The notes beneath the pieces were generated by a model. It ran no database searches. It was not told the origin of the DNA and saw only the letters and a program-made list of their open reading frames with translations. A stretch of DNA of 64,000 nt. Origin: a virus. Location: positions 1 to 64,000 of IMG/VR virus record IMGVR_UViG_3300036829_000104. One strand, given 5' to 3'. A program made the translations under genes and the position numbers. Positions 40,581 through 49,981 of the stretch are shown piece after piece; the stretch's first letter is position 1; each line of letters starts with the position of its first letter.

Positions 40581-42512
40581 ATGATGAGCGGATACGAAGA
40601 GACGCTGTACTCGCGCGCCGAGATGCTGGACGAGACCAGCGACCTCGCCGCCGAGGCCACGGAAGTGCTCGACGGGGCGTCCGGGGCCGGGGTCGACCCG
40701 GCAGCCGTCACCAGCCTGCGGGCCGCAGTCCAGGCACTCGACCCAGCCGAAGGCGCCCCCGCCTACGACGCAAACCGGCCCGGCATAGGCTACCGCTCCG
40801 ACGTCGAGTTCCTCGGGGCGGTCACCGACGCCGAGGACCAGGTCCGCGAGCGGCTCCGCGACGCTGGCACGCTCCGGGGCGACGCCGGCGAGGCGATGGA
40901 CAAGGCCCAGGATGACCTGGGACGATCCCGCCGCGACCTGCAAAACGCCCAGATGGCCCTCGCCGCCGCCTGCGCACTGCCCACCAAGGACCCGTGCGAG
41001 GGCTGCCATTCCGCCAAGGCCGCCGCGATCATGCAGGCCGAACAGGAGGTCGCCGACGCCGAGCAGGCCATCGCGGACGCCAGCCGGCGCATCAGCACCC
41101 TCGGCGGCGCCCTGGAGATCCTCGACGCGCTCATCCTCAGGCTCACCGCCGCCGCGCAGGCACTCCGCCAGGTGCCCGCCGACCTGGGCGAAACCTACGA
41201 GCTGATTGCCAACCTCATCCGCGACGGCGGCCAGATGACCCACGACGGCCGGTTCGTCACCGGCGAAGGCGACATGCCAGTCGGTGGCCGCCGCCCAAAA
41301 GACCAGCGGCGGCTGCGGAACACCCGAAGCGATCACGATGACAGGAGCAGCATGAACGGCACGCCGCCGGCCAGCGGCACGCAACTGCCGGCCGGACCGG
41401 AGGCTGCCGCCGGCGGTTCGTCACCGGAGCCCGCCCGCAGGCTACTCGCCGTCCCGCGGCTGACGACAGGTCAGCGGTGGCTCGCAGGCGGAGTGGTCGC
41501 CCTCGGCCTCACGCTCACCCCGATCGCCTTCGGTGTCATGTACGTGAACGTGACCGGGTTGCTGCGGCCCGACCTGCACGGCGGCGCGTGGGCGGTCCCG
41601 GTCGGCACCGAAGTGGGATTCACTGGGCTGTTCCTCGCCGAACTGCTGCTGGAGTGGATCGGTAAGCCGCTGCGCTGGCTGCCCGTCCTTGAGTACCTTC
41701 TCGCCGCCGCGTCCATCGTCCTCAACGCCATCCCCGGCTGGGGAACCATCGCCGGGGTACTCGGCCACGAAGCTCTGCCGATCGTGTTCTTCGGCTACCT
41801 GATCGTCGGGAAGGCGACAGTCCGCCGGCTCGCGGTCAGCGACGAGGCGAAACGACACGAGGTCGCCCTCGCTGACGCGCAGGCCCACGCCCGCGACATG
41901 CTCCGCTCGGCGCTCGGCATCAGATGGCGGATGAAGGCCCCGCTGATGCTGCGTCGCCAGCTCCGCTCCGGACGCCTCCCGGCGCGCGTGCTCGAGGCCG
42001 TGGAGACCGGCTCGGCGACCGAATGGGAGGATGCCGTAGAGACGTGGATCGCCGCCGCCGTGACCCTCCCGGAGCGCACTCGCGAGGTACTCCGCGCGGC
42101 CCGCGCCGAAGCCTCCGCGCGCCCCCTCCCGGACCCCTCGGAGAGCCCCTCCGCAGGCACCCCCGAGACCCCCTCCGGTACCCCCTCGGAAGACGCCTCC
42201 GCGAGTACCTCTGACGCCCCCTCGGCGACCCCTCCGGCGGCACCCTCGCGGACCGCTCCGAAGGCACCTCCGAAGGCACCTCCGAAGCCCCGCCGGCTGA
42301 TCCCCTCGAAGGCGTCCGACGACGACCTCGCGGAGCTCATCATCCCGCTGCTGGCCGACGGTGAAGTGTCGCCGACCAAGGCGGTGAAGGTGATCCGGGA
42401 AGCAGCCGGAGGCAAGGCAAGCATCGGCCACGACCGGGCTAAGACGGTCATCGCGCTCGCGCAGGAACAGGCCAATCGCGTCGTCCCGATAGGGGAGCGG
42501 CGGCAGGCGTGA
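40581..42512 (+). CDS. Coiled-coil protein in frame with a DUF2637/SpdB2-like membrane protein (likely internal start 41352)
   Basis: Four TMs (AWAVP..E, S..LN, H..LP), PSxx linker, C-terminal IGHDRAK HTH; AGGAG RBS before 41352. Confidence 0.7.
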   Translation: MMSGYEETLYSRAEMLDETSDLAAEATEVLDGASGAGVDPAAVTSLRAAVQALDPAEGAPAYDANRPGIGYRSDVEFLGAVTDAEDQVRERLRDAGTLRGDAGEAMDKAQDDLGRSRRDLQNAQMALAAACALPTKDPCEGCHSAKAAAIMQAEQEVADAEQAIADASRRISTLGGALEILDALILRLTAAAQALRQVPADLGETYELIANLIRDGGQMTHDGRFVTGEGDMPVGGRRPKDQRRLRNTRSDHDDRSSMNGTPPASGTQLPAGPEAAAGGSSPEPARRLLAVPRLTTGQRWLAGGVVALGLTLTPIAFGVMYVNVTGLLRPDLHGGAWAVPVGTEVGFTGLFLAELLLEWIGKPLRWLPVLEYLLAAASIVLNAIPGWGTIAGVLGHEALPIVFFGYLIVGKATVRRLAVSDEAKRHEVALADAQAHARDMLRSALGIRWRMKAPLMLRRQLRSGRLPARVLEAVETGSATEWEDAVETWIAAAVTLPERTREVLRAARAEASARPLPDPSESPSAGTPETPSGTPSEDASASTSDAPSATPPAAPSRTAPKAPPKAPPKPRRLIPSKASDDDLAELIIPLLADGEVSPTKAVKVIREAAGGKASIGHDRAKTVIALAQEQANRVVPIGERRQA

Positions 42513-42578
42513 CTGCCACAGGTAGGGCGGTAGGAACGAGTGAAGCGGCGCGGGTGCCGCAGGTGAGAGGATGAGGGG

Positions 42579-42914
42579 ATGGATAACCTGATCGCGTTCA
42601 TCGCGGCGCGGCTGGACGAGGACGAGGCAATCGCGCGGAAAGCGGCCAGCCTGCAAGCCGACCCCGAGAACGGGTGGGGCATTGACGGGCGCGCGATCAC
42701 TCCGCACATCGGCGTCATCCACGAGGACGAATCCCGCATCCACATCGCCCGCCACAACCCGGCCCGCGTGCTCCGCGACGTCGAGGCCAAGCGGGCGATC
42801 CTCAACGGCCGGTGGGGCGGCCCGGACCATGCAGACATGTGGGAGTCTTGCGTCCAGAACCTTGCCGCCGTCTGGAGCGACCACCCGGACTACCGCGCCG
42901 AATGGAAGCCGTAG
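42579..42914 (+). CDS. DUF6221 family protein
   Basis: FIAARLDEDE...HIARHNPARVLRDVEAKRAIL...HPDYRAEW. Confidence 0.85.
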   Translation: MDNLIAFIAARLDEDEAIARKAASLQADPENGWGIDGRAITPHIGVIHEDESRIHIARHNPARVLRDVEAKRAILNGRWGGPDHADMWESCVQNLAAVWSDHPDYRAEWKP

Positions 42915-43016
42915 CCGCAGCCAGTAGAGCCGGCAGAGACGAGTGAAGCGGGGGCCGCTGCGCCCCCGCTTTCGCTATCTGGTACCCGTCGCCCGGTCCC
43001 CTTATCTCGCGTTACG

Positions 43017-44024
43017 TTGGCACCACTCGCCCCCATCGGTGATGATGTGCCCATGTCCCTCGGTGTCCCTTCCGCGTTTGATCCTGACAGCCAGCGCGAA
43101 TGCGCCCGCGGCACCTGGTGTGCCGCCTCGACTCGCGATCCCGAGGGGGAGTGGCATCCGGCGCTGACGTATCAGCCGTTCTGCCCGGCCTGTACCGACG
43201 CGATCGTGCGGGCAGCCGCCGACCTGCCCCGCGCCTACCGCATGCTCGCCGCCCGCGTCACCGACCCGGTAGCGTCCGGTTCCCGCTCCGGCATCCGGAT
43301 GCCGCCCGGCTCCCGCGTCCTCATCGACGCCACCGCCGAGGCGCTCATGCAGACCGCGGCCGTCACCGCCGGGGGATGGGCGGCACGCGTCCGCGCCGTC
43401 CCGCAGCTGGCCCTCGCCCGCCACGGCTTCGCACATGCCACCCCCGAAGCCGTCGCCGCCGACTGCGGGGTGCTCGCCCGCTTCCCGGGCCCGCTGCTCG
43501 CCCTCCAGCACGGCTACATGACCCGCGAATGGACATGGGCACCGGGGAACCCGATGCCCGACGACCTCGCCGACGACCTCGCCGACCTGGAAATCAGCCG
43601 CATCGGCGACGGCTGGGTCAACGCGGTCACGTACCTGTCAGGCGAAGACGCAGGCCACGAGATCCTCGCACTGTCCCGCCGCATCATCCGGCATCTCGGC
43701 GAGACCCCGGCACCCCCGGCGATGCTGGACGGCATCCCGTGCCGCACCTGCGAGGAGATGGCGCTCGCAGTCGCCGAGCTGCCCGTCGCGGAACGCGGCG
43801 ACGGCGACCCGGAACCTCCCTACTCACGCTGCCTGCGCTGCCGCGCCGAACTGTCCCGCGCCGACCACGACGCCTGGGTGCGCATGTACGAGTCCTGGGC
43901 GAAAGGCGCCGGCATCCTGGTCTGCAAGCGCTGCGAGAACGGCGACTGCGGAGACTGCCAATGGGACTCGTGCGAATGCCGCGCGCACGGGCACGACACG
44001 CGGCGACTCGCCGACGCGGCCTGA
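43017..44024 (+). CDS. Cys-rich Zn-finger actinophage protein (possible late regulator)
   Basis: Multiple CxxC motifs; followed by an HTH gene. Confidence 0.6.
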   Translation: MAPLAPIGDDVPMSLGVPSAFDPDSQRECARGTWCAASTRDPEGEWHPALTYQPFCPACTDAIVRAAADLPRAYRMLAARVTDPVASGSRSGIRMPPGSRVLIDATAEALMQTAAVTAGGWAARVRAVPQLALARHGFAHATPEAVAADCGVLARFPGPLLALQHGYMTREWTWAPGNPMPDDLADDLADLEISRIGDGWVNAVTYLSGEDAGHEILALSRRIIRHLGETPAPPAMLDGIPCRTCEEMALAVAELPVAERGDGDPEPPYSRCLRCRAELSRADHDAWVRMYESWAKGAGILVCKRCENGDCGDCQWDSCECRAHGHDTRRLADAA

Positions 44025-44129
44025 GTGGCAGCACCCCATAAAGGGGTATAACATGTGGCTCGGTAGGAACAGTTGTCTTCACACGCCCCCGAGCCTCGCG
44101 GCCGGGGGCGTTTCGTGCTTTACGGGGGC

Positions 44130-44406
44130 GGTGGTCGCACTGCCGCGCCCGGACGGTTTCCTCACCACCCGCGAATCGGCGGCCCTCGTCGGCGTCAAGC
44201 CCCCAACCATCCGCGCATGGCGCGCATCCGGGCTGCTTGCCGTACAGGGCCTCGACGAGCGCGGGTTCCCGCTCCACACCGCCGAGGCCGTCCGCGCCGC
44301 TGAGCGCAAGGCTCGCGAGAGCGGGCGCGCCAGAGGCGGCTACGACCCGCGAAGGCTCCGCGGACACGAGGAATGGGAGCGCGGGAGACCCGCTCAGGCA
44401 GCCTGA
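44130..44406 (+). CDS. MerR-like HTH protein (start approximate)
   Basis: LTTRESAALVGVKPPTIRAWRASGLL. Confidence 0.75.
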
Positions 44407-44649
44407 AAACACGGGTGATCCGGTACAATACAAGTGAGCGAATTTACCGCTCTCACCTGCTACTTCTCCCCGGATCGGGTTGTCTCGTGCTGCATGCTCT
44501 CGCCATCGCCGCTGTCTTGCTCGCCGGTCCCGGCTGGCTCGGCCTCGTCGTCGCCATCCGCAACTGCGCGGCCCGCGATGCTGAGCAGGCCAGCCCGGAG
44601 CGAGATACGGCACGCGACATGAGGCTCGCAGCCTGACCGGGAGGTGCCC

Positions 44650-44985
44650 GTGACCGCCGCGCCCGCGCGCAAGCATCCCCGCACCGTCCTCGCCGTCACT
44701 GGCACAGCCTGGACCCTCCTTTGGGTGACGCTCGGCAGTCTCTCCGACTGGGGCGCCTACTGGATCGCCTGGATCGCCTGCGGTTTTTTGGTCCCCGAGC
44801 TTTACGGGCTCGCCACGAACACGGCCCGCACCCTGTCCCGCAACACCTGGGCGCTGGAACACCTCGACTTCGGGCACCCGCTCGACTTTGCCGAATGGAA
44901 CTGGATCCACTGGGCAGTCGCGATCATCGTCTGGGGACTCGCCGTGTGGCTCAGCGGACACCTGCCGTTCGGCGTCTGGCGATAG
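44650..44985 (+). CDS. Trp-rich membrane protein
   Basis: Three hydrophobic segments. Confidence 0.6.
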   Translation: MTAAPARKHPRTVLAVTGTAWTLLWVTLGSLSDWGAYWIAWIACGFLVPELYGLATNTARTLSRNTWALEHLDFGHPLDFAEWNWIHWAVAIIVWGLAVWLSGHLPFGVWR

Positions 44986-45165
44986 GAACAGGACCGTGAA
45001 CGGCCTGTGCGAGTACGACGTGGCCGACACCGGCAGGCTCACCAGCGACGAACGCAAGGCACTGCTGAACGACATGGCCGCCGACGGCTGGCAACTGGAC
45101 CACGTCGACGGCGTCCGCTACATCCTCAAGCGGCCGAGGCATGATCCCCGCGATCCGCGGGAACC

Positions 45166-45435
45166 CTAGTTGTCTCCGCCCTTCCGGCGCGGCTTCGGCC
45201 GGCCTGCCGCACCCTGACCGGGCAGGATCGCCTTCCACTCACGCCATTCCTGCTCCCGCTCAGGGAGCCAGCCCCGGTCGGGGATGCCGTTGCGGCCGGG
45301 CGCAAGCTCAATGTCGGGCTGCGGCCAGTTGTCGTAGCGCGCGAGCCATTTGGTGACGGTCTGAGGCTTGACGTCGAACAATGCCGCTATCCCGGCGACG
45401 CCGAGGTGCCGAACCGGTTTCCGGTTGGTGCTCAT
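45166..45435 (-). CDS. HTH DNA-binding protein (candidate island repressor)
   Basis: GVAGIAALFDVKPQTVTKW; own upstream copy of the island motif. Confidence 0.7.
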   Translation of the reverse strand: MSTNRKPVRHLGVAGIAALFDVKPQTVTKWLARYDNWPQPDIELAPGRNGIPDRGWLPEREQEWREWKAILPGQGAAGRPKPRRKGGDN

Positions 45436-45524
45436 AATCCCTTCCCCGATGCTCCCGATCTGTCCGCTTACACGGACGAATCTATCACCCGCCCCCGGCC
45501 GCATCGGGGTTTATCGTTCCCTCT

Positions 45525-47192
45525 TCAGAACAGGGTTGGGGCCGGTTCTTCCGCCTCCACCGCCGGCGCGGCTGGTGCCGGGACCCCGACGGGCGCCACG
45601 CTGACAGGGATAACGGCCATCACGGTCCGGACGCTGGCCCCGGATGCCTTGAACGAGTCGTCGGGCAGCCGCTCGATCCAGCCACCATGGTCGGCGACCA
45701 GCTTGCGGAACTCCTCGGCGGTCTTGTCCTGCCGGAACTCAACGCCGCCCGACATGATCGCGACGACCATTCCTCCGGGCTTGACGAAGCCGAGCGCGTG
45801 GGTGACGTGCCGGATGTCGGCCTGCCTGCCGAACGGCGGGTTCATCAGGACCCGGTCGTACGCCAGTAGCGGGGTCGGCTGAACCTCGAGGAAGTCCGCG
45901 CACCGCACGTCACCGACCTCCGGGGACCAGGTAGCGCGCAGTCGGCCGGCCAGTTGCCCGTTCAGTTCGATGCAGTCAACCGAGGCGACCAGCGGCGCCA
46001 CCTTCGAGGCGATCGCGCCCAGGCCGGCTGACGGTTCAAGCACCGTCATATCGGCCTCAAGTTCGGCAGCGTCGATCATCCGCTCAGTCACGGCGGCCGG
46101 GGTCGGGAAATACTCGGTTGACCCGTCCACGACCACCGCCGCCTCACGCTCAGGCGGCCGCTCGACCGTGACCGGCGCGGGCTTCGGCCGGGCCTCCCGC
46201 TTCGGTGCCGTGACGGTGGTCGTGGTGCCCTGGTGCGGGCACTCGACTGACTTGATCGTCTCGTATGGCAGTTTGTCAGTCCACGTGTACTGGGTTTCGA
46301 CGCTTACGGTCTTGGCGTTGACCCGGACCACCTTCGCGGGCTTGTCGTACCAGTGCGTTGATGTCACCGTGTCGCCGACGTGAACGTTTTCGCGGGACAG
46401 CCGCACGTACCCGTTGGCCTCATGCTCAGCCAAGGCGGCCTTGTCGGCGGCCAGCTGGTGCTCCAGGAACGTCTTTCGCGCCTGCTGCGACTCCAGCCAC
46501 GCACCCTCAGCGGGTTTCGCCTCGGGGGCGTAGTAGGCGCCGCGCCAGTCGTTCGCCGGCCGGGTGCCGTTGATCCGGTGGTTCACCTGGCGTAGGTCCG
46601 CTTCGGTCTTCGCGATCCTGCGGATGATCACTGCCGGGCGCTCCCGGTAGGCGTCGGCGTCGCCGACCACGGCGGCGGCTGCGGCGGCACGCTCAGCCTT
46701 GCCGTACGCGACGTGCGCCGCCCGGTCGTTCTGCTCGATCCGCTTCTGATCGGCGCGGGCACCGCGCTCGGAGTGATGGCCTACCAGGATCGGCTGCCCG
46801 CCCGCGAATCGCTCGGCGATCTGATTGGCGCGTGCCATGCGCGCCCCGGCCTCCGCCGTGTTCCTGGCCGCTTTAGCAGTCAGCCGGTCGTAGCGGGCGT
46901 CTAGGCGGTCCGCCCGGTCAGCCTTGACCTCGCCCACATTGCGGGGCGTGTCGTCAATCTCGACTGTGACCTCGTGTCCGGCCGCCTCCAGCGCCTTGCG
47001 TGCCTGGTCGATCTGCCACCGCTTGGCGAGATGGTCACGGGACTGCGGGATGCCGATCATCTTGATCGACGGGAAGTAGCGGAACCGGGCGGCGGTCCGC
47101 GGGCCGATGAGTTCGTACACCCCGTCGCCCTTGCTGGTGCCGTAGACGAGCGTTCCGTCCTCGTGCGTGTGCTTGATGGTGATCTCTGCCAC
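45525..47192 (-). CDS. DUF3560 domain fused to an N6-adenine DNA methyltransferase
   Basis: GQPILVGHHSE (DUF3560); YFPTP, VLEPSAGLG (motif I), MNPPF (motif IV). Confidence 0.88.
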   Translation of the reverse strand: MAEITIKHTHEDGTLVYGTSKGDGVYELIGPRTAARFRYFPSIKMIGIPQSRDHLAKRWQIDQARKALEAAGHEVTVEIDDTPRNVGEVKADRADRLDARYDRLTAKAARNTAEAGARMARANQIAERFAGGQPILVGHHSERGARADQKRIEQNDRAAHVAYGKAERAAAAAAVVGDADAYRERPAVIIRRIAKTEADLRQVNHRINGTRPANDWRGAYYAPEAKPAEGAWLESQQARKTFLEHQLAADKAALAEHEANGYVRLSRENVHVGDTVTSTHWYDKPAKVVRVNAKTVSVETQYTWTDKLPYETIKSVECPHQGTTTTVTAPKREARPKPAPVTVERPPEREAAVVVDGSTEYFPTPAAVTERMIDAAELEADMTVLEPSAGLGAIASKVAPLVASVDCIELNGQLAGRLRATWSPEVGDVRCADFLEVQPTPLLAYDRVLMNPPFGRQADIRHVTHALGFVKPGGMVVAIMSGGVEFRQDKTAEEFRKLVADHGGWIERLPDDSFKASGASVRTVMAVIPVSVAPVGVPAPAAPAVEAEEPAPTLF

Positions 47193-47272
47193 CGTTACAG
47201 CTCCTCTCGTAACCGGCCGGATGGCCGCGGCACGCGGCGCAGCGGGAGGCGCCGGGCACCGCGGCCAGCCGG

Positions 47273-47842
47273 TCAGCGTCCCGGCTGAAGACGCGCCTTG
47301 GCGTCCTCGTAGCGGGCCCACGCGGCCATGAACTGCTCGGGGCTGCCGCCGCGGTCGGGGTGGACGGCAGCCGCCTCGTTCCTCAGCCGCTTCACTTCTT
47401 CGAGCAGCACCGGGTCAGCGTCCGGGGCGTCGTCGGTGAAGTCACCGATCGGGTCGGTCTGCGCGAAGTCGAACAGCGCCATCCACGACGCGCCGTAGAA
47501 CACTTCACCGTTCGGGTTCTCCGGGGTCATCCGGTCCTCGTCGCGACCGGTTCGGGGATGCATGAGCAGGATCGCGGTTTCACCCTTGCGGACCTGCCGG
47601 CCCAGTTTCCGCCAGGTCTCGTACTTGTGCAGGCAGGTTGCGCGCGGGTACTGGACCCACAGGCGGCGCAGGTTGTTCTCGTTGTACCGGTCACCCCAGC
47701 GGGCGAGGAACGCCGCAACGTCCGGGTCGCTGTCGTCGACCGCCTCGCCGGCCAGTTCGATCTCAGCCTTGCGGGCGTCAAGCTGCTCTTTGCGCTCGGC
47801 TGACATCTTCCGGGCCGGCCTGCGGGTCTTGGTCGCCGCCAT
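47273..47842 (-). CDS. ArdC-like ssDNA-binding domain fused to a J-domain-like HPD segment
   Basis: YNENN..LWVQYPRAT...TWRKLGRQVRKGETAI...FDFAQT; HPDRGGSPEQF. Confidence 0.75.
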   Translation of the reverse strand: MAATKTRRPARKMSAERKEQLDARKAEIELAGEAVDDSDPDVAAFLARWGDRYNENNLRRLWVQYPRATCLHKYETWRKLGRQVRKGETAILLMHPRTGRDEDRMTPENPNGEVFYGASWMALFDFAQTDPIGDFTDDAPDADPVLLEEVKRLRNEAAAVHPDRGGSPEQFMAAWARYEDAKARLQPGR

Positions 47843-47940
47843 GGGTTCCTCCTGAACAAGTGGTTTGTCCGCTTACAAGACAATCGTCTTCCGCCGGTCC
47901 GTAGAACGTCAAGTTAAACGGACGACATTAGTGGGCAGCG

Positions 47941-47976
47941 GAAAGGACCCGGAGCCTTGAGGCCGCGGGTCCTTTC
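47941..47976 (-). terminator. Intrinsic terminator
   Basis: GAAAGGACCCG / CGGGTCCTTTC stem. Confidence 0.7.
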
Positions 47977-47992
47977 GGGGGGGCTTCGGGGG

Positions 47993-48166
47993 TTACTCGG
48001 CGACGCGGGTGAGGACCGGGAAGTTCGGGCGGGCCAGGTTGATCTCGGTGACCTTGTAATCGGTGCCCTCGACGTTCACGACCTGGCCGATCTGGACGAC
48101 GCCCGGGACGAAGACCTTGGTGAGCTGCTTGGCGGTCTTGCTGGTCTTGGCGGTCTTGGTGGCCAT
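47993..48166 (-). CDS. 57-aa protein, paralog A (not in ORF track)
   Basis: MATKTAKTSKTAKQLTKVFVPGVVQIGQVVNVEGTDYKVTEINLARPNFPVLTRVAE. Confidence 0.8.
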   Translation of the reverse strand: MATKTAKTSKTAKQLTKVFVPGVVQIGQVVNVEGTDYKVTEINLARPNFPVLTRVAE

Positions 48167-48271
48167 CTCGTTTACCCCTGACTGGTGTGTTGTCTGCTTA
48201 CAAAGACAACATTACAAGCTGGCGCAACGGAAGACAACCGAGGAAGCCAGATTTTTACGCATAGGAGTTCG

Positions 48272-49054
48272 ATGCCAGCCAAGTGGATCGCCACCCGGGA
48301 ACTGCCGCTCGCGGACCTCGAGCGGTTCCCCGGCAACGCCCGCCGCGGCGACGTCGACGAGATCCGCAAGAGCATCGCCCGCCACGGCCAGTACCGCGCC
48401 ATCGTCGTCCGCCAGCACGATGACCGCTACACGGTCCTTGCGGGGAACCACACCGCCGACGCGCTCGAGGCCGAGGGCAGCAGCACCGCCCGCTGCGAGC
48501 TGATCGAGTGCAGCGACGACGAGGCCGTCCGTATCAACCTCGCCGACAACCGCACCGCCGAGCTAGGCGGCTACGACAACGAGGCTCTCGCCGCGCTCCT
48601 GTCCACGCTGGATAACGACTACGACGGCACCGGCTGGGCCGAGGAAGACATCACCGCCATCCTCGAAGAGTCCGACGGTGTCTTCGGCGGCGACGGCGAA
48701 TGGGACGGCGGCGACGGGGAGCCTGCCCCGAACCGCGGGGAGCTGCTCGCGCTCGCCGGCGTCACCATCGGGGAACCCCGGCACAAGGTCGAAACCGGCC
48801 AGGTCTGGGCGCTCGGCGACCACCGCCTCGTCATCGCGGACCTGTTCACCGGCTGGGAAGCATGGGCGCCGCTGCTCGACGGAGAGGTCACGTTCCTGCC
48901 GTACCCGACACCGCTCGCCCCGCACGCCCCCGGCTACGGCCCGCTCATCATGGTGCAGCCCGAGGAGTTCCTCGCCGGCCACCTGCTCGACAAGTGGCAG
49001 GACATCACCGGCGGGGCACCCGTCGTCGTCAACGCCGAGGTGGCCGCGGCGTGA
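48272..49054 (+). CDS. ParB/Srx N-domain protein with a methylase-remnant C-terminus
   Basis: PGNARRGD...SIARHGQ...VLAGNH...ADNRT; GQVWALGDHRLVIAD but no MTase catalytic motifs. Confidence 0.8.
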   Translation: MPAKWIATRELPLADLERFPGNARRGDVDEIRKSIARHGQYRAIVVRQHDDRYTVLAGNHTADALEAEGSSTARCELIECSDDEAVRINLADNRTAELGGYDNEALAALLSTLDNDYDGTGWAEEDITAILEESDGVFGGDGEWDGGDGEPAPNRGELLALAGVTIGEPRHKVETGQVWALGDHRLVIADLFTGWEAWAPLLDGEVTFLPYPTPLAPHAPGYGPLIMVQPEEFLAGHLLDKWQDITGGAPVVVNAEVAAA

Positions 49055-49839
49055 CGGTCAAGAACACTGGCGGCGGCACGTTCGACCCGTCCGCGAGGCC
49101 CCTGTACTTCGCTGCAGGCACGAACTGGACCGGCAACGCGGTCAGATGGCCCCGCCACGTCCTCGTCGCGGTCAACGACATCCTCAACCCCGCCGACGAG
49201 CAGAAACTCCTCGTTCAGCACCTGGACGATGGCCGTATCGTCCTCCTGGACTCGGGCATCTTCTGGCTCACGAACCAGCACAAGCGCGCCCACGGCGTCA
49301 CGATGGACGAGGCGCTCGCCCTCCCGCCCGAGGAGATCGACGGGTTCGACGAGCTGTTCACCCGGTATGTGCAGGTCGTCAAGCGGTACGGGGACCGCCT
49401 GTGGGGCTGGACCGAGCTGGACCAGGGCGGCGCGGTGAACAAGCGCCGCACCCGCGCCCGCCTCGAGGCCGAGGGAATCACCCCCATCCCCGTCTACCAC
49501 CCGCTGAACGACGGCTGGGACTACTTCGACGAGCTCGCCGCCGGCTATGACCGGATGTGCTTCGGGAACATCGTCCAGGCATCCCGCCCGTCCCGGGTCC
49601 GGCTGCTGCACACCATGTGGGAGCGGCACCGCGCCTACCCGGACCTGTGGATCCACATCCTCGGCCTGACCGCCAACGAGTGGTGCATGTCCGTCCCGCC
49701 GGACTCCTGTGACTCCTCGACCTGGCTGTCCCCGCTGCGCTGGCCCGCGGTCCGCACCGAGACCGCGATGCTCCGCAAGACCCGCGACCTCGGCGCGCGG
49801 TTCTCCTACGACATCGACAACCCGGACACCCCGGCATGA
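49051..49839 (+). CDS. dpdA: DpdA-like DNA guanine transglycosylase (TGT fold)
   Basis: LLDSG, ELD, PIPVYH, IHILG, DSCDSSTW; clustered with folE/queD/queE. Confidence 0.8.
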   Translation: MTVKNTGGGTFDPSARPLYFAAGTNWTGNAVRWPRHVLVAVNDILNPADEQKLLVQHLDDGRIVLLDSGIFWLTNQHKRAHGVTMDEALALPPEEIDGFDELFTRYVQVVKRYGDRLWGWTELDQGGAVNKRRTRARLEAEGITPIPVYHPLNDGWDYFDELAAGYDRMCFGNIVQASRPSRVRLLHTMWERHRAYPDLWIHILGLTANEWCMSVPPDSCDSSTWLSPLRWPAVRTETAMLRKTRDLGARFSYDIDNPDTPA

Positions 49840-49981
49840 CACGGGCCGACTCGTTCGGCATGTGCTCCGACGCGGTGACAGCGATCAACCTGGTGTGGAG
49901 GCACGCCGGCGCCCGGACAGCCGAACTGCTCGGCCAGCCCGCCCATCCCGCGCACGTCATGAACGAGAGGCCAGCAGCCAA

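Noticed and set aside
38189-41273. Type VII secretion (EccC plus WXG100)
   Set aside because: Single ATPase domain with a C-terminal wHTH, no WxG motif, and GntR/Nudix/DUF2637 context all fit TraB better.
42120-42300. 12-bp periodic CCCCTC repeats as CRISPR or clt
   Set aside because: In-frame Pro-Ser-x-x linker of the DUF2637 protein; no repeat-spacer structure.
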